Of a DNA stretch of 64,000 nt, positions 1 through 9,727 are shown in pieces. Made by a program: the position numbers and the translations under genes. The number at the start of each line of letters is the position of its first letter. Position 1 is the first letter of the stretch. The notes under the pieces were generated by a model. The model ran no database searches and had not been told where the DNA came from. It saw only the letters and a program-made list of their open reading frames with translations. The DNA is from a virus: positions 1 through 64,000 of the IMG/VR virus record IMGVR_UViG_3300032061_000001, one strand, 5' to 3'.

Positions 1-190
1 CCCCATACTTTGTTAATAGTTTTGAAGCGGATAACGACAATATACGACTTCCAGTTCCAGTGTTTTTTGACCCGCTGCATCCATCTGAAACGATGACAAA
101 TGGATTTTCTTCATCTCCGATAACTGAAAAATCTTCATTCTCTTTATGAGTACTACCAATCTCAGAGAATTTATCAAAATACATTTTCAT
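1..190 (-). CDS. PP2C-like protein phosphatase (TerY-P type), N-terminal part; runs off the window
   Basis: Not in the ORF track. My translation from ATG 190 (ATGA overlap with the kinase stop) is MKMYFDKFSEIGSTHKENEDFSVIGDEENPFVIVSDGCSGSKNTGTGSRILS, carrying PP2C-family GxxH..NED and SDGCSGS motifs. Confidence 0.85.
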   Translation of the reverse strand, partial: MKMYFDKFSEIGSTHKENEDFSVIGDEENPFVIVSDGCSGSKNTGTGSRILSLSASKLLTKYG

Positions 191-1881
191 TTTTTCATCC
201 GTAGTTTATAGAGGTTATTATCTTTATGGAACATGACCTGTGACCCATTACTTGATAGAATACACAGGTTGTTAATGTGGTTATCAGTAATAACTTTTTC
301 TGTTTTTTCACCAACAGATGCGCTAAATATTTCTACCTCTGAGTTTTCGTTAATGAGTACTACAATCCCTTTATCAAGTACAGTGAAGTTTAATTCGCTT
401 TGTGAGCCAATGTTGTGAACAATTTTTATATCATATTTACCCTGATGATACCGAATAACAAAGCGTGTGTATTCTTGTCCTTTATAACCAATAACCATGG
501 CCACATTATGAATACATTTCGCTGAAATGATGCTATAACCGTCCAATTCCTGAACTTTTATAAATTCACCGCTGATTCTGTCTTTTGAAAGTTCTGGAAT
601 CCAAAGATAAGAGACACCTAAAACGTTTTGATACGCCATCCCCGAAAACAATTTGGTTGATAATGGCATCACAGACCAACTTTTATCTATGGCCATTATA
701 TGAGATGCAAATTTCCTAATTGGAGCTGTTGACAAATTTTCACCGGATTTAAAGAAAGGAATATTGTTCGTGATGGATATCTGTTCTATTTTGAATTGGA
801 TCTTGTTAATTTTCTTTTCATCAAGCGATCGAAAATAGTTTTTTGTAATTTCTACTGGAACTAACGTATCAGACGACATTGATATTTCAGAGTCAGGGTG
901 AGATAAATTGTATTGTCTATTACCGATATATAGGGTGTCACCCGCTCTTACAATATTTTCATTCATATATGAAAAATGATACCTGATTGAATCACTATAT
1001 GTTTTGAATAATTCAATATCAAAACAATCAGCATCATGTATGTGAGTATACATAGGTGTTGCTACCTGGAGCCTACCTCCTGCCAATGGAGGAAGAGTCC
1101 GTTTTCCTTTTTCAAAAGCATCCTCCATCCAGGATCTAAGATCATTAGGAATATGACTAAAATCTCTTGCCTGAGATGGTAGCTTAACGGACTTGTTAAA
1201 AACCGATTTCTTTGCCTTCATTCTTTCCACGACAGCCCCTTTCGTAAAGCCATCACAACTTCCCTTAAAAGGATGCATCCCAATAAATATTTGGAAGGCT
1301 ATAATCGCGAAACTAAACCAGTCGGATAATGGGGAGAATGTTTTTGATTCGTGGTCTTGGGCGTATGGCGTTATTGCTGTGGGAGGATAGTTCTTTGTTT
1401 TGTAACTATCAACATCGATAAAGATCGGCTGAGTTAAATTATTGTCATCAATCAGGAAATTGATATCGTTAAAATCAACAACCAAGCATTCCTTTGAGTG
1501 AATAAAATCTATAAGTTTCTGCATGTTTTCAACAAGCTTAACAGCATCTTCTGGAGTAAATCCTGTTTTATTTCTGAATCCCGTGGCAAATGTTTTACAA
1601 ATTGGATAATTATTTTTGAACCATTCCATGGTAAATCCAACAGGAACCCCTTTATTGTCACATAATATCTTTTGCGGATTGACGATATATCGTTCATCTA
1701 ACACTGATAGATCATCAAATTTTCCCTGTGGGATCATCTTCTTCGGGTCATGGTAAATCTTATAGATTGTATCGCCTAATCCATAAATTTCACCTTCTCC
1801 ACCTGAAGCAATAAAATCCTTTTGGGACAGGCTAATTTGGCCTGCCCCCGGAATGTGGACTTTTTTAGTCATACTTTCCAA
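187..1881 (-). CDS. Ser/Thr protein kinase (TerY-P-associated type) with a long C-terminal extension
   Basis: Gly loop ASGGEGEIY, YKIY lysine, catalytic DFNDIN, IDVDS, DWFSFA..GMHPFKG. Confidence 0.88.
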   Translation of the reverse strand: MESMTKKVHIPGAGQISLSQKDFIASGGEGEIYGLGDTIYKIYHDPKKMIPQGKFDDLSVLDERYIVNPQKILCDNKGVPVGFTMEWFKNNYPICKTFATGFRNKTGFTPEDAVKLVENMQKLIDFIHSKECLVVDFNDINFLIDDNNLTQPIFIDVDSYKTKNYPPTAITPYAQDHESKTFSPLSDWFSFAIIAFQIFIGMHPFKGSCDGFTKGAVVERMKAKKSVFNKSVKLPSQARDFSHIPNDLRSWMEDAFEKGKRTLPPLAGGRLQVATPMYTHIHDADCFDIELFKTYSDSIRYHFSYMNENIVRAGDTLYIGNRQYNLSHPDSEISMSSDTLVPVEITKNYFRSLDEKKINKIQFKIEQISITNNIPFFKSGENLSTAPIRKFASHIMAIDKSWSVMPLSTKLFSGMAYQNVLGVSYLWIPELSKDRISGEFIKVQELDGYSIISAKCIHNVAMVIGYKGQEYTRFVIRYHQGKYDIKIVHNIGSQSELNFTVLDKGIVVLINENSEVEIFSASVGEKTEKVITDNHINNLCILSSNGSQVMFHKDNNLYKLRMKK

Positions 1882-1891
1882 GGGCTATGGG

Positions 1892-2635
1892 TTAAAAGCT
1901 CAACGATTTTGAAGGACCACCGGTTCCAAGCGATTGACTTTGACTCGATATGGACTGAGAAACAAACTTTGCCAATTTAGCCAATGTTTTTGCATCGGCA
2001 TCTCCAGCATCAACGAATTGTTGTAGATTGGCGTCATTTTGAAAACGATTAAGATATGAACTAGACTGGCCAGCATTTATTCCTACCAGGATAGTCATAA
2101 TCGATTCGATGATTGTTTCTTGTTTCAATGCGTCTTCAATCTGCTTTTTGATCATTCCGGGAGTCATTTTTGAATCATTATCTTCACCATCGGTAATGAT
2201 AACACAAATCCCATTTACATCCATTTCCTGATCCTGAAGATCTTGTGAATATCTCAAAACAGAACCGACGCTTTCAAATGTGGCGTCAAACAAAGCCGTA
2301 CAACCATATGGTCTTAATGATTCATAAGCCGATAAATTGATATCGGCCAACGGCAAAAATCCATGAATCTCCTCCATTCCTTCATTGAAAAAAACAACAC
2401 GAACCAGAAGATTCTCCGCTCTTGGGGAATGTTTGCAAGATTCGATTACCGCTTTAATTGAATCTACTAATTCATTTCTGAATCCCTGCACACTTCCCGA
2501 TTTATCAACCACAATTGATACGAGCGTGTACTCCGTTGATTCAAGGTTTTCCGGGCGAACGCCGGAAAATTTAAAATTTGAATTGGCGACATTCATAATC
2601 GCCATATCATCTATTTCTTGTCCTATTTTTGGCAT
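1892..2635 (-). CDS. vWA domain protein (TerY-like)
   Basis: MIDAS DKSGS, GCTALFDA, IITDGEDN. Confidence 0.88.
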   Translation of the reverse strand: MPKIGQEIDDMAIMNVANSNFKFSGVRPENLESTEYTLVSIVVDKSGSVQGFRNELVDSIKAVIESCKHSPRAENLLVRVVFFNEGMEEIHGFLPLADINLSAYESLRPYGCTALFDATFESVGSVLRYSQDLQDQEMDVNGICVIITDGEDNDSKMTPGMIKKQIEDALKQETIIESIMTILVGINAGQSSSYLNRFQNDANLQQFVDAGDADAKTLAKLAKFVSQSISSQSQSLGTGGPSKSLSF

Positions 2636-2638
2636 TAT

Positions 2639-3436
2639 TTATACCATAAAATGAGTTGATTTTTCGAAACGAACGCCATGAGACTTGGCGTAATTGATAA
2701 AGTCATCGGCTGCTTTTTCAAAACCAGGAACCGGTGATGAGCAGTCTTCCAGAATAACCAGTTTCTTCGCATTTTCATCACCAAAATTATCGATGACTTG
2801 GGTTAATGTCGTCGCCAAACAATGCGAAAGCGCTTCACCGGCACAGACAATCATATCAGCTGATTGTAATGTCTGGATCAGGGCAGTATTCAACTGGGTC
2901 CCCGGATCGTTTTGATCTGGAACTTCAGCCATCAAACCTCCGTAATGCTCGGTCTTGTAATTGCTACCTTTAGTCACAATATCAAGAACAGCAACTTCTT
3001 CTACCGCCCACTTTCTCATGGATTCAAGCACGGCTGGAAAGATTCCAAAACCATTTGAACCAATAACACAATGGGTAGGCCAAACACAAAGAGGAAATTT
3101 ATTAGACTGCGCTTCCAATTTTTCGACATATTCCAAAGCCCAGGACTGTTCGCTTACTGATGAGGCCCGCCATTTTCCAGATTTCACATCGGTTGCTGTG
3201 ATAATGGTAAAAGGCTGTGGATTGTTTCCGGAACTGTCCTTCCAGTAAATAGGGTGGGCAATATCAAAGTCCTGATGGCTGTCCATCGTCACATGGATAT
3301 CATCAATTTTTGCGCTTACCCGGTTCATAAACTCAGCTAATATCTTCATATCCTGATCAGCTCCAGGGACAAATAATGCCCCCTTTGGATCACAGAAATC
3401 ATTCTGTGGATCGATAATCAATAGATGCAATTTCAT
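2639..3436 (-). CDS. Nicotinamidase / isochorismatase-family cysteine hydrolase
   Basis: IIDPQNDFC..GALFVPGA, DSH, WPTHCVIGS, KG, GEALSHC; RBS AAAAGGAGA. Confidence 0.9.
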   Translation of the reverse strand: MKLHLLIIDPQNDFCDPKGALFVPGADQDMKILAEFMNRVSAKIDDIHVTMDSHQDFDIAHPIYWKDSSGNNPQPFTIITATDVKSGKWRASSVSEQSWALEYVEKLEAQSNKFPLCVWPTHCVIGSNGFGIFPAVLESMRKWAVEEVAVLDIVTKGSNYKTEHYGGLMAEVPDQNDPGTQLNTALIQTLQSADMIVCAGEALSHCLATTLTQVIDNFGDENAKKLVILEDCSSPVPGFEKAADDFINYAKSHGVRFEKSTHFMV

Positions 3437-3503
3437 ATGCGTCTCCTTTTGACTTGAATTAAAAATTGGCCAGAAAACTCTGGCTAATGATACTACAACA
3501 TCT

Positions 3504-3758
3504 TCAAAACTTCATTTCTTCGAGTTTTTTGATCTGTTTTTTAAGCGATGCGATTTTCTTAATGCGCATTTCTTCTGCTTTTGCCTTTGCTTCCTCTTCA
3601 GTTCTATGCCATTCTCCCTTTCTCGCATAACCATGGAAATGTTGCTCATCTGGTAACGATATAGATCTATCTATATCAGTATGTTCAATATAAATTGTAA
3701 ATATTCCTTCCGTTAAGGCATATTTCGTGACCCAAATCTTTTCGAGTTTTTGTTCCAT
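3504..3758 (-). CDS. hypothetical phage protein
   Basis: ORF with RBS; WVTKYALT.GI and KKIASLKKQIKKLE motifs typical of small phage proteins. Confidence 0.6.
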   Translation of the reverse strand: MEQKLEKIWVTKYALTEGIFTIYIEHTDIDRSISLPDEQHFHGYARKGEWHRTEEEAKAKAEEMRIKKIASLKKQIKKLEEMKF

Positions 3759-3768
3759 TTTCTCACCT

Positions 3769-4011
3769 TTAAACGAATTGAGTATTCATTGCGATATTAT
3801 GTGCTCTGTCAACACGGATAGCGGAGTCCCCAGTGTCAGTTTCGCAATCATGATGAGCCATTATCAAGTTCTCGGCGATGGCATGCCGAGTTATTTTATC
3901 TTGACGCTTGGCAAATAAAACGAGTTCTTTCTCAATCTCATTTCTAAATGCTGCACATACCAATGGCATTTTATCAACAAATTCCTTCGCTCTTTCTTCG
4001 GCTGTTTTCAT
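3769..4011 (-). CDS. hypothetical protein
   Basis: ORF with AAAAGGAG RBS, in operon. Confidence 0.55.
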   Translation of the reverse strand: MKTAEERAKEFVDKMPLVCAAFRNEIEKELVLFAKRQDKITRHAIAENLIMAHHDCETDTGDSAIRVDRAHNIAMNTQFV

Positions 4012-4261
4012 TGTGCTCCTTTTTAATCTAATAATGGAATATATCTGACAGTTCTCGGAGGATTATCAAAATTGAATAATTCGATATGTCCAGTCTTCAA
4101 TGATCTTTTGGGCCTAGGTAATTTATCCCACTTAAAGCATTGTGATCTCTCCGAGATTGAAATGATCGGTTCTATTTTCCATGCCCAATATTTTATCTCT
4201 CCGCAATGGTCCCCGCGGAAAAGATAGTCGCCCGATTCAAGACTTATTATTCCTTGAATCT

Positions 4262-5251
4262 TTATTGATAAAGGGAAAGTATCCATTTGTCCCATTTTTT
4301 CGAATCAACCTTTTTAGGGAAATTGGATTTGGAACAAAGTTCTTCAACCTCATCCATTAAGTTTTCAAGTTTTGGAGCGACTTCTGTCATATAATCGCAT
4401 TCTCCATTTTTTACTCTCAAAAGCTCATCGGCTTCTTTCAAAGGGAAAATGATATCGCCTTCACGATAAAGGGATCTCATTTGATATGCGCATCTAAGAG
4501 CATGGCTGACTGCCTTCCAGTCAATTCCTTTGTTTTCTGCCGCTTTCTGCGCCCGTTCTCCATATGCCAGATAGAACTTTTCTATTACATCATAAGCATA
4601 TTGGATAGTCACAGTTGATTGCAACTTTCTATTACAAACGTCATACATTGGAAATTGAAAGCCATTTTCAGGATCAGCCGGTATCTTTTTTAAATGGTCC
4701 CCGATTGGCAATGAATACCAAATATCTTCTAATCTGATATTTTTTCCAGCATTAATATGGTATTTTAAATAGTCGATAACGACTTTTGAATCATTCAGAC
4801 GGCTTCCCTTAACCCCATATTTTGCAGCCTGCGTTCTGCAGTAACCGACAAACGCTTTTAAATTCGTCGTATAGAAATCTTTCCTATTATCATACAATTC
4901 AAGAAAAATTCCGCTATGCTGAATTATTGCTTCATCATTGCTCCATGCATGAAGTATATCCAATGCTCCGGTATCACCTTTCTTTAATAGCTCAAGATAA
5001 TAATGCAATGAATATAATTCAATATCAACATCGTCAGACGTATTTTTATTATCTGTTCCCGATTTTGAATTATACGTTATGGATTTTGGAATCCTGTTTA
5101 GAAAACATTGCTCTTTTGATGGAAGGAATATTCCCTTGATATCGGTATCCGAATTTTCTGTGGCCGTCCCATATAAATGGGACCCAAATTGGCATAGAAA
5201 AATGATATACAAATTAGGATATCCTTCCAGGAATTTTGTCATTATTGTCAT
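4262..5251 (-). CDS. Pol-beta superfamily nucleotidyltransferase (T4 NrdC.11 / RlaP-like)
   Basis: GSHLYGTATENSDTDIKGIFLP; IDWKAVSHALR..GDIIFPL C-terminal region. Confidence 0.85.
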   Translation of the reverse strand: MTIMTKFLEGYPNLYIIFLCQFGSHLYGTATENSDTDIKGIFLPSKEQCFLNRIPKSITYNSKSGTDNKNTSDDVDIELYSLHYYLELLKKGDTGALDILHAWSNDEAIIQHSGIFLELYDNRKDFYTTNLKAFVGYCRTQAAKYGVKGSRLNDSKVVIDYLKYHINAGKNIRLEDIWYSLPIGDHLKKIPADPENGFQFPMYDVCNRKLQSTVTIQYAYDVIEKFYLAYGERAQKAAENKGIDWKAVSHALRCAYQMRSLYREGDIIFPLKEADELLRVKNGECDYMTEVAPKLENLMDEVEELCSKSNFPKKVDSKKWDKWILSLYQ

Positions 5252-5263
5252 CGTTCTACCGTT

Positions 5264-6028
5264 TTAAAATGTATCTTCAGATACTAAACTAGATTGGATG
5301 AGATGAGCGAGTTCATGGCTGGTGATAGAAGAAGATATCTCTGCCGGCTTCCCCTTTCCTGACAAATCTCCCCATTGAACCATAAACCCCGACGGATGCT
5401 TAAACCATCCGTCAGGAAGTTTCAGTTTTGTGAGATCAATATCTTCCCTCATCCTTTTAGCCCCGATATTCATGCCAATACGAGTCACCAGAACATCGCA
5501 GGGTTTATCCAGGAATTCCATAACTCAAAAATATAGCTGCTCTCCTGCCGGTTGGGTTGTAATAGCCACTGATCCAACCCATTCAGCAGATTCGGCCAGT
5601 TCTTTGGCTCTCTGCCTTTTCAGTCCCATCGAAAGAAATCCATCGAATATTTTACTTGTAAACTCGATGACTTCCATATCAGTCATCGTTTCTTTGAGAG
5701 CATTAATTGTCTGGCTCAGGGAAATGAGTTCCGGGTTGGAAGGTAATTTCCCGGTATCTACTGAATTGACATAGTCAGCGATCTTAGACATCGCTTCCCG
5801 TTCTTTTTCCGGGAACCGTGAAACGATAAAAGCGCCTGCACATTCACCCGCGGGACCCTCTTTGATTCCGCATGTCATATCAACATACAGAATCCCTTCT
5901 TTGACTTCTTTGTTACCGGTAGCAGCAAATGCCACCGGGAGGTTGCCATACAATCTTTTTGCTGCCCATACGGATAGGCATGCATCAAGATCAGGTCTGT
6001 AATGTGTGATAATTCCTGAATATTTCAT
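5264..6028 (-). pseudogene. DHH/MYG1-like phosphoesterase interrupted by an in-frame TGA at 5525-5527 (pseudogene or readthrough)
   Basis: THYRPDLDA, YVD and VDTG motifs in the first ORF; WFKHPSGFM (MYG1-like C-terminal motif) in the second; junction TTT TGA GTT ATG is in frame. Confidence 0.6.
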
Positions 6029-6348
6029 TTTATCCTCCTGAGAGCTGCTTTCGCTATGGTTCTAGCATCAAACCTAGCCTCCACAGCAGCGTCCATATCG
6101 TCCCATCTCCAAGGTTGAGCATAAGCCAGTTCTCTGTACCATTCTTGTCCCCCGGTAATGTTAAGGTACCTGTGCGCATCAAGATATGCACAGTTTAATT
6201 TTTTGGCTAACTCACCAGCAAGGACATTAGCTGTTCCACCGGCGGCAGACACCCACAAACCGCCATTTTTAGAGGCCACTTCCAGAAATCTGTGAATTTT
6301 TCGGGCCGCTTCCAGCCCTCTGATATATCTTTTCAATTCTTTTGTCAT
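6025..6348 (-). CDS. hypothetical protein, first gene of a leftward operon
   Basis: RBS CAGGAGA, promoter directly upstream. Confidence 0.6.
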   Translation of the reverse strand: MTKELKRYIRGLEAARKIHRFLEVASKNGGLWVSAAGGTANVLAGELAKKLNCAYLDAHRYLNITGGQEWYRELAYAQPWRWDDMDAAVEARFDARTIAKAALRRIK

Positions 6349-6391
6349 GGTCTTCTCCTGTTTTGAGGTAATTTTTCGCTTTGTTGTATTA

Positions 6392-6421
6392 ATTATAGAT
6401 TAATACTTTATAACATGTCAA
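6392..6421 (-). promoter_or_regulatory. sigma70 promoter with shared operator-like spacer
   Basis: TTGACA-tgttataaagtattaatc-TATAAT (18 nt spacer). Confidence 0.8.
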
Positions 6422-6435
6422 TAGAAATAATCTTG

Positions 6436-6894
6436 CTAATATACTTTTTCTATCCTTTTCTTACCATCAAAAATAATCTCTCTGAATCTTAATCCCGGAT
6501 TCTGAGACAAAAAGAGCTTCCGCCTCATTGGATAGCTTTTTGAATTTGCTTTCAGAGTTCCGATCGATTTAACGTCTACAACTTCTTCAACACCTTTATT
6601 CAAAATTCTATAATCAAGAGTGAAGCCGATCGCTCGGTAAATCTTCCCGGTTCTTCTAATTTCTGGCAATAATTCAAAGTGAGGCTGGAGTTCCAGGATT
6701 TCGATTTCGGGATCATGCTTGAATTCCCAATAGATATTACCCTCAGTAGTCGAATCGAATTCAATTCCATCTATAATAACCTTCTTTGAATTAACGCGAG
6801 GATTATTTTTTTTTTGAGGAAGTGGTCGATCACCCCTGATCTTAGCATGACTTCCCTTCATGAGTTTTTTAAACTGATTTACTGATAGTCTCAT
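6436..6894 (-). CDS. DUF1064-family PD-(D/E)xK endonuclease
   Basis: NSKKVIIDGIEFDSxxE, LELQPHFEL, DVKS. Confidence 0.8.
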   Translation of the reverse strand: MRLSVNQFKKLMKGSHAKIRGDRPLPQKKNNPRVNSKKVIIDGIEFDSTTEGNIYWEFKHDPEIEILELQPHFELLPEIRRTGKIYRAIGFTLDYRILNKGVEEVVDVKSIGTLKANSKSYPMRRKLFLSQNPGLRFREIIFDGKKRIEKVY

Positions 6895-7340
6895 TGTTCA
6901 ATTTTTGCATATCGATAATTGCTTTTTATATAAGCCTTGAAATAAGATCCTGGACTTTCTGATTTGCTCATGCCAATTGATATGCTTTCAGGGACATCAA
7001 AATACCGATAAGCGGTACCATTTCGGAAATGGATAAATAGATTATTATTGTCCCACCTTATTTTGTCGATATTCGATGAGTTTAATATTTTTTCCCGGAT
7101 AATTGGTTCGGAATCCTTCTGGCTCTCATCTTCATCAAGAAACGTTCCGGATATTACTGTAAACCGATCTCTGACACTTTTCATGGCATCTACAATATGG
7201 AATCTCCTATCATCCAATATGATGGTTATCCCGGGAATGGCCTTTCTGATCTGGCTGTCAAGAATCATATAGGTAATAGATCCATCCGGCCTGGTTATTT
7301 TGCTAATTGATTTGTATTCTGGATAACTATTTTCTGCCAT
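6891..7340 (-). CDS. KTSC domain protein (C-terminal domain)
   Basis: SSNIDKIRWD..LFIHFRNGTAYRYFDVP..SESPGSYFKAYIK. Confidence 0.85.
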   Translation of the reverse strand: MAENSYPEYKSISKITRPDGSITYMILDSQIRKAIPGITIILDDRRFHIVDAMKSVRDRFTVISGTFLDEDESQKDSEPIIREKILNSSNIDKIRWDNNNLFIHFRNGTAYRYFDVPESISIGMSKSESPGSYFKAYIKSNYRYAKIEQ

Positions 7341-7656
7341 TGGCCCCTTCCCATATTTTGAAGTTCTGAAATCGGCATTCGAACAGTCCGAGTTGTTTTA
7401 TATTATATCTTACTCCTTCGATTCCATAACTAGCAATCATCCCATCGATTTTATCATGGTCTTTCGGTGAAATGAAGATATCTACATTCCGGCAATCATG
7501 TTTTACTATTTTGTATCTCTTGATCCCTTTGTTTTCCAGTGCCAGTTCAATTGCCCTGGAAGAATCAAATGGCAAATGACCTAGACTCATCATCTTTTTC
7601 CCGAGCATTATCCAATCAGGGGTTTCATCATATTCATATTCGTTCCAGTTCATCAT
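7327..7656 (-). CDS. hypothetical protein
   Basis: Tightly packed co-oriented ORF. Confidence 0.5.
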   Translation of the reverse strand: MMNWNEYEYDETPDWIMLGKKMMSLGHLPFDSSRAIELALENKGIKRYKIVKHDCRNVDIFISPKDHDKIDGMIASYGIEGVRYNIKQLGLFECRFQNFKIWEGANGRK

Positions 7657-7955
7657 GATCTGCTCTCAAATACAACGAATTTCCCGTAAATTTTCTGTAT
7701 CCCGCATGGATATTTCGTAATCGGGATAAAGGATTGGGTCGATTCGTTAAAATGCATATAATCGATTTCACAACCTGAAAAAAAACAAAGCGCAAATTTT
7801 TCATCTTCAGTCAGATCGTCGAGTTCTTTTTCGTGGCAGTCCCTTACCAATTTTAGCATCCGGTTCATATGCTGTTTGGCGCTTAATTGAGATTCGGATT
7901 CCGGGAATGCCTCCAAAAGACTGACAATCTTATTTTCACGCAATATTGTATTCAT
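7653..7955 (-). CDS. hypothetical protein
   Basis: Tightly packed co-oriented ORF with ATGA overlap. Confidence 0.5.
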   Translation of the reverse strand: MNTILRENKIVSLLEAFPESESQLSAKQHMNRMLKLVRDCHEKELDDLTEDEKFALCFFSGCEIDYMHFNESTQSFIPITKYPCGIQKIYGKFVVFESRS

Positions 7956-7976
7956 ATTGATCCTATATATTATTTT

Positions 7977-8228
7977 TTAAAAATGGACAGGACCGTCTGT
8001 ATATCCCGTTATCCCATAACCGCCAATAATGACAATATGGGTATTCCAATTAATTCTTTCATCATAGATATATGGTTTTATTTGCACCGATTCATTTGAG
8101 AATTCCACGCCAAATTTTTTAAGAGATCCCCGCAGATAATAAATTAGATCATTTTTTGTATCGAATTCTTGAACTGTTCCCATCGATTCAGTTAATGATC
8201 CCTTATGGTCTCTATATTTAAACATCAT
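7977..8228 (-). CDS. hypothetical phage protein
   Basis: YRDHKGSLTESM..YDERINWNTHIV..GYTDG pattern of a small phage protein family. Confidence 0.6.
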   Translation of the reverse strand: MMFKYRDHKGSLTESMGTVQEFDTKNDLIYYLRGSLKKFGVEFSNESVQIKPYIYDERINWNTHIVIIGGYGITGYTDGPVHF

Positions 8229-8694
8229 CCCCCTTATAAAGTTCTAATAATGGCGGCATATTGCCAGTTTCATATGCTTTTTCAATTTGTGGTTGAATAA
8301 AGTCACTTACTATTTGCCCATTGGGAAGAACGATATTCATTCCAAATTCATGTTCGAAAGAAGCCAATCCTATTTCGACCGCTTCCAGTTTCGCCTTGAT
8401 GTTCAGGGCAAGCGCTCTCCATTTTTGTTTTACAGATTGATCATAAGCATCTTGGCTTGATTTATCTGCCCTCTTTCTGCCAGTTTCCGTTTTTGTGAAT
8501 TCCGGAGACTTTCTATCGGGCATGGGTAGCAAGAACCTTATATGCTTATTTTTCATTTGAAATGCGATCATAGCGCTCTTTTCCTGCCAACCATATAAGA
8601 ATCCGGTGGCCCCATATTTTTGAAGAATAGATTCGATTTCCGAACGAGATCTATCGCTGGTAACATTCGTATTTACTGCATATTTTCCAGGCAT
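8218..8694 (-). CDS. conserved hypothetical phage protein
   Basis: YAxxTxV..SRxEIE..QKWRALALxIKAKLEAVExG pattern. Confidence 0.7.
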   Translation of the reverse strand: MPGKYAVNTNVTSDRSRSEIESILQKYGATGFLYGWQEKSAMIAFQMKNKHIRFLLPMPDRKSPEFTKTETGRKRADKSSQDAYDQSVKQKWRALALNIKAKLEAVEIGLASFEHEFGMNIVLPNGQIVSDFIQPQIEKAYETGNMPPLLELYKGDDV

Positions 8695-8942
8695 TATTCC
8701 CCTTTTGATACGGCTAATCCGGCAATGATAAATCCTACCATCACATTCAGAAAATACAACCCGGCAAAGATCATGGCCGCAATGAAACCAAGATGAAATT
8801 CAGGCGATGATTGTTCGAATAATGCCGATATCTGTTTGGAGTTCTGCCATGCCGAAATGATCATCATTCCGAAAACGACAGATATTGTCGCTAAAATGAA
8901 AAGGACAATTCCCTTTGCTGCTTGTTTTAATCCATTTGTCAT
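8694..8942 (-). CDS. small membrane protein (2 TM)
   Basis: Two hydrophobic stretches. Confidence 0.55.
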   Translation of the reverse strand: MTNGLKQAAKGIVLFILATISVVFGMMIISAWQNSKQISALFEQSSPEFHLGFIAAMIFAGLYFLNVMVGFIIAGLAVSKGE

Positions 8943-9727
8943 TTATCTTCTCCCGGTTTGGTTAATAGATCAATCCCTACAACTTTCTTGATAGATTCTT
9001 TCCATTTTATTAATGGATCATCTTTAAATCGTTCATAAAGAGCTTTTATATTGCTGTCAGTCTGGCAATCAAGGACGAATTCAAGTCGGTCCCAATCTTT
9101 GAAACCGGGATTATTTATCTTGATCCGCTGTGTCGGGAAATTCATCTTCCCGAGCCAGATTGAATCGGTAACCCAATTCCGGCAATCTTCAACGACCATA
9201 TCGATATGATCATCCAGCATAGGTTCGCATGAAATACTTGTTTCAAAACCTAACCCCGCAGCCAATTTTAGGCACCGAATCCGCTCAGAATAATTGGGCG
9301 CATTCGGTTCCCAAAAGCTTAAAACCTCATCGTTGGAAGATCCGATTGAAAATCTGAATAATATTTTGTCTTTATAGTGTCTAAAGGTATAACAAATCTC
9401 ATCAATAACTTCAATTTCCGGCTTCGAAACAATCAGAATTCTATTCCCGGGATAGATCAGTTTCCATAAGTGTTCAATTATTTCTGAAAGGAATTCTTTA
9501 TGGAGATCATGAGTTGTCGGGAACATGATTGTTCCCTTTCGTTTTCCGATCTTTTTTCCAAGGGCCTTATTATTTAAAAAGGGATGCCCCCAATTTTCAA
9601 TGTCTATTTTCTTATGTCTTATAGACATCGATTTTGCATAGCAATATAGACAGGAGTTGCGGCATCCTAACTGAATATTAGAATTGGATCCGGCCCATTC
9701 TTTGGTACCGAATATTTTATTTGCCAT
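8939..9727 (-). CDS. radical-SAM-like protein (DUF5131 / spore photoproduct lyase-like)
   Basis: GCRNSCLYCYA CxxxCxxC, WEPNAP, SCEPML. Confidence 0.75.
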   Translation of the reverse strand: MANKIFGTKEWAGSNSNIQLGCRNSCLYCYAKSMSIRHKKIDIENWGHPFLNNKALGKKIGKRKGTIMFPTTHDLHKEFLSEIIEHLWKLIYPGNRILIVSKPEIEVIDEICYTFRHYKDKILFRFSIGSSNDEVLSFWEPNAPNYSERIRCLKLAAGLGFETSISCEPMLDDHIDMVVEDCRNWVTDSIWLGKMNFPTQRIKINNPGFKDWDRLEFVLDCQTDSNIKALYERFKDDPLIKWKESIKKVVGIDLLTKPGEDK

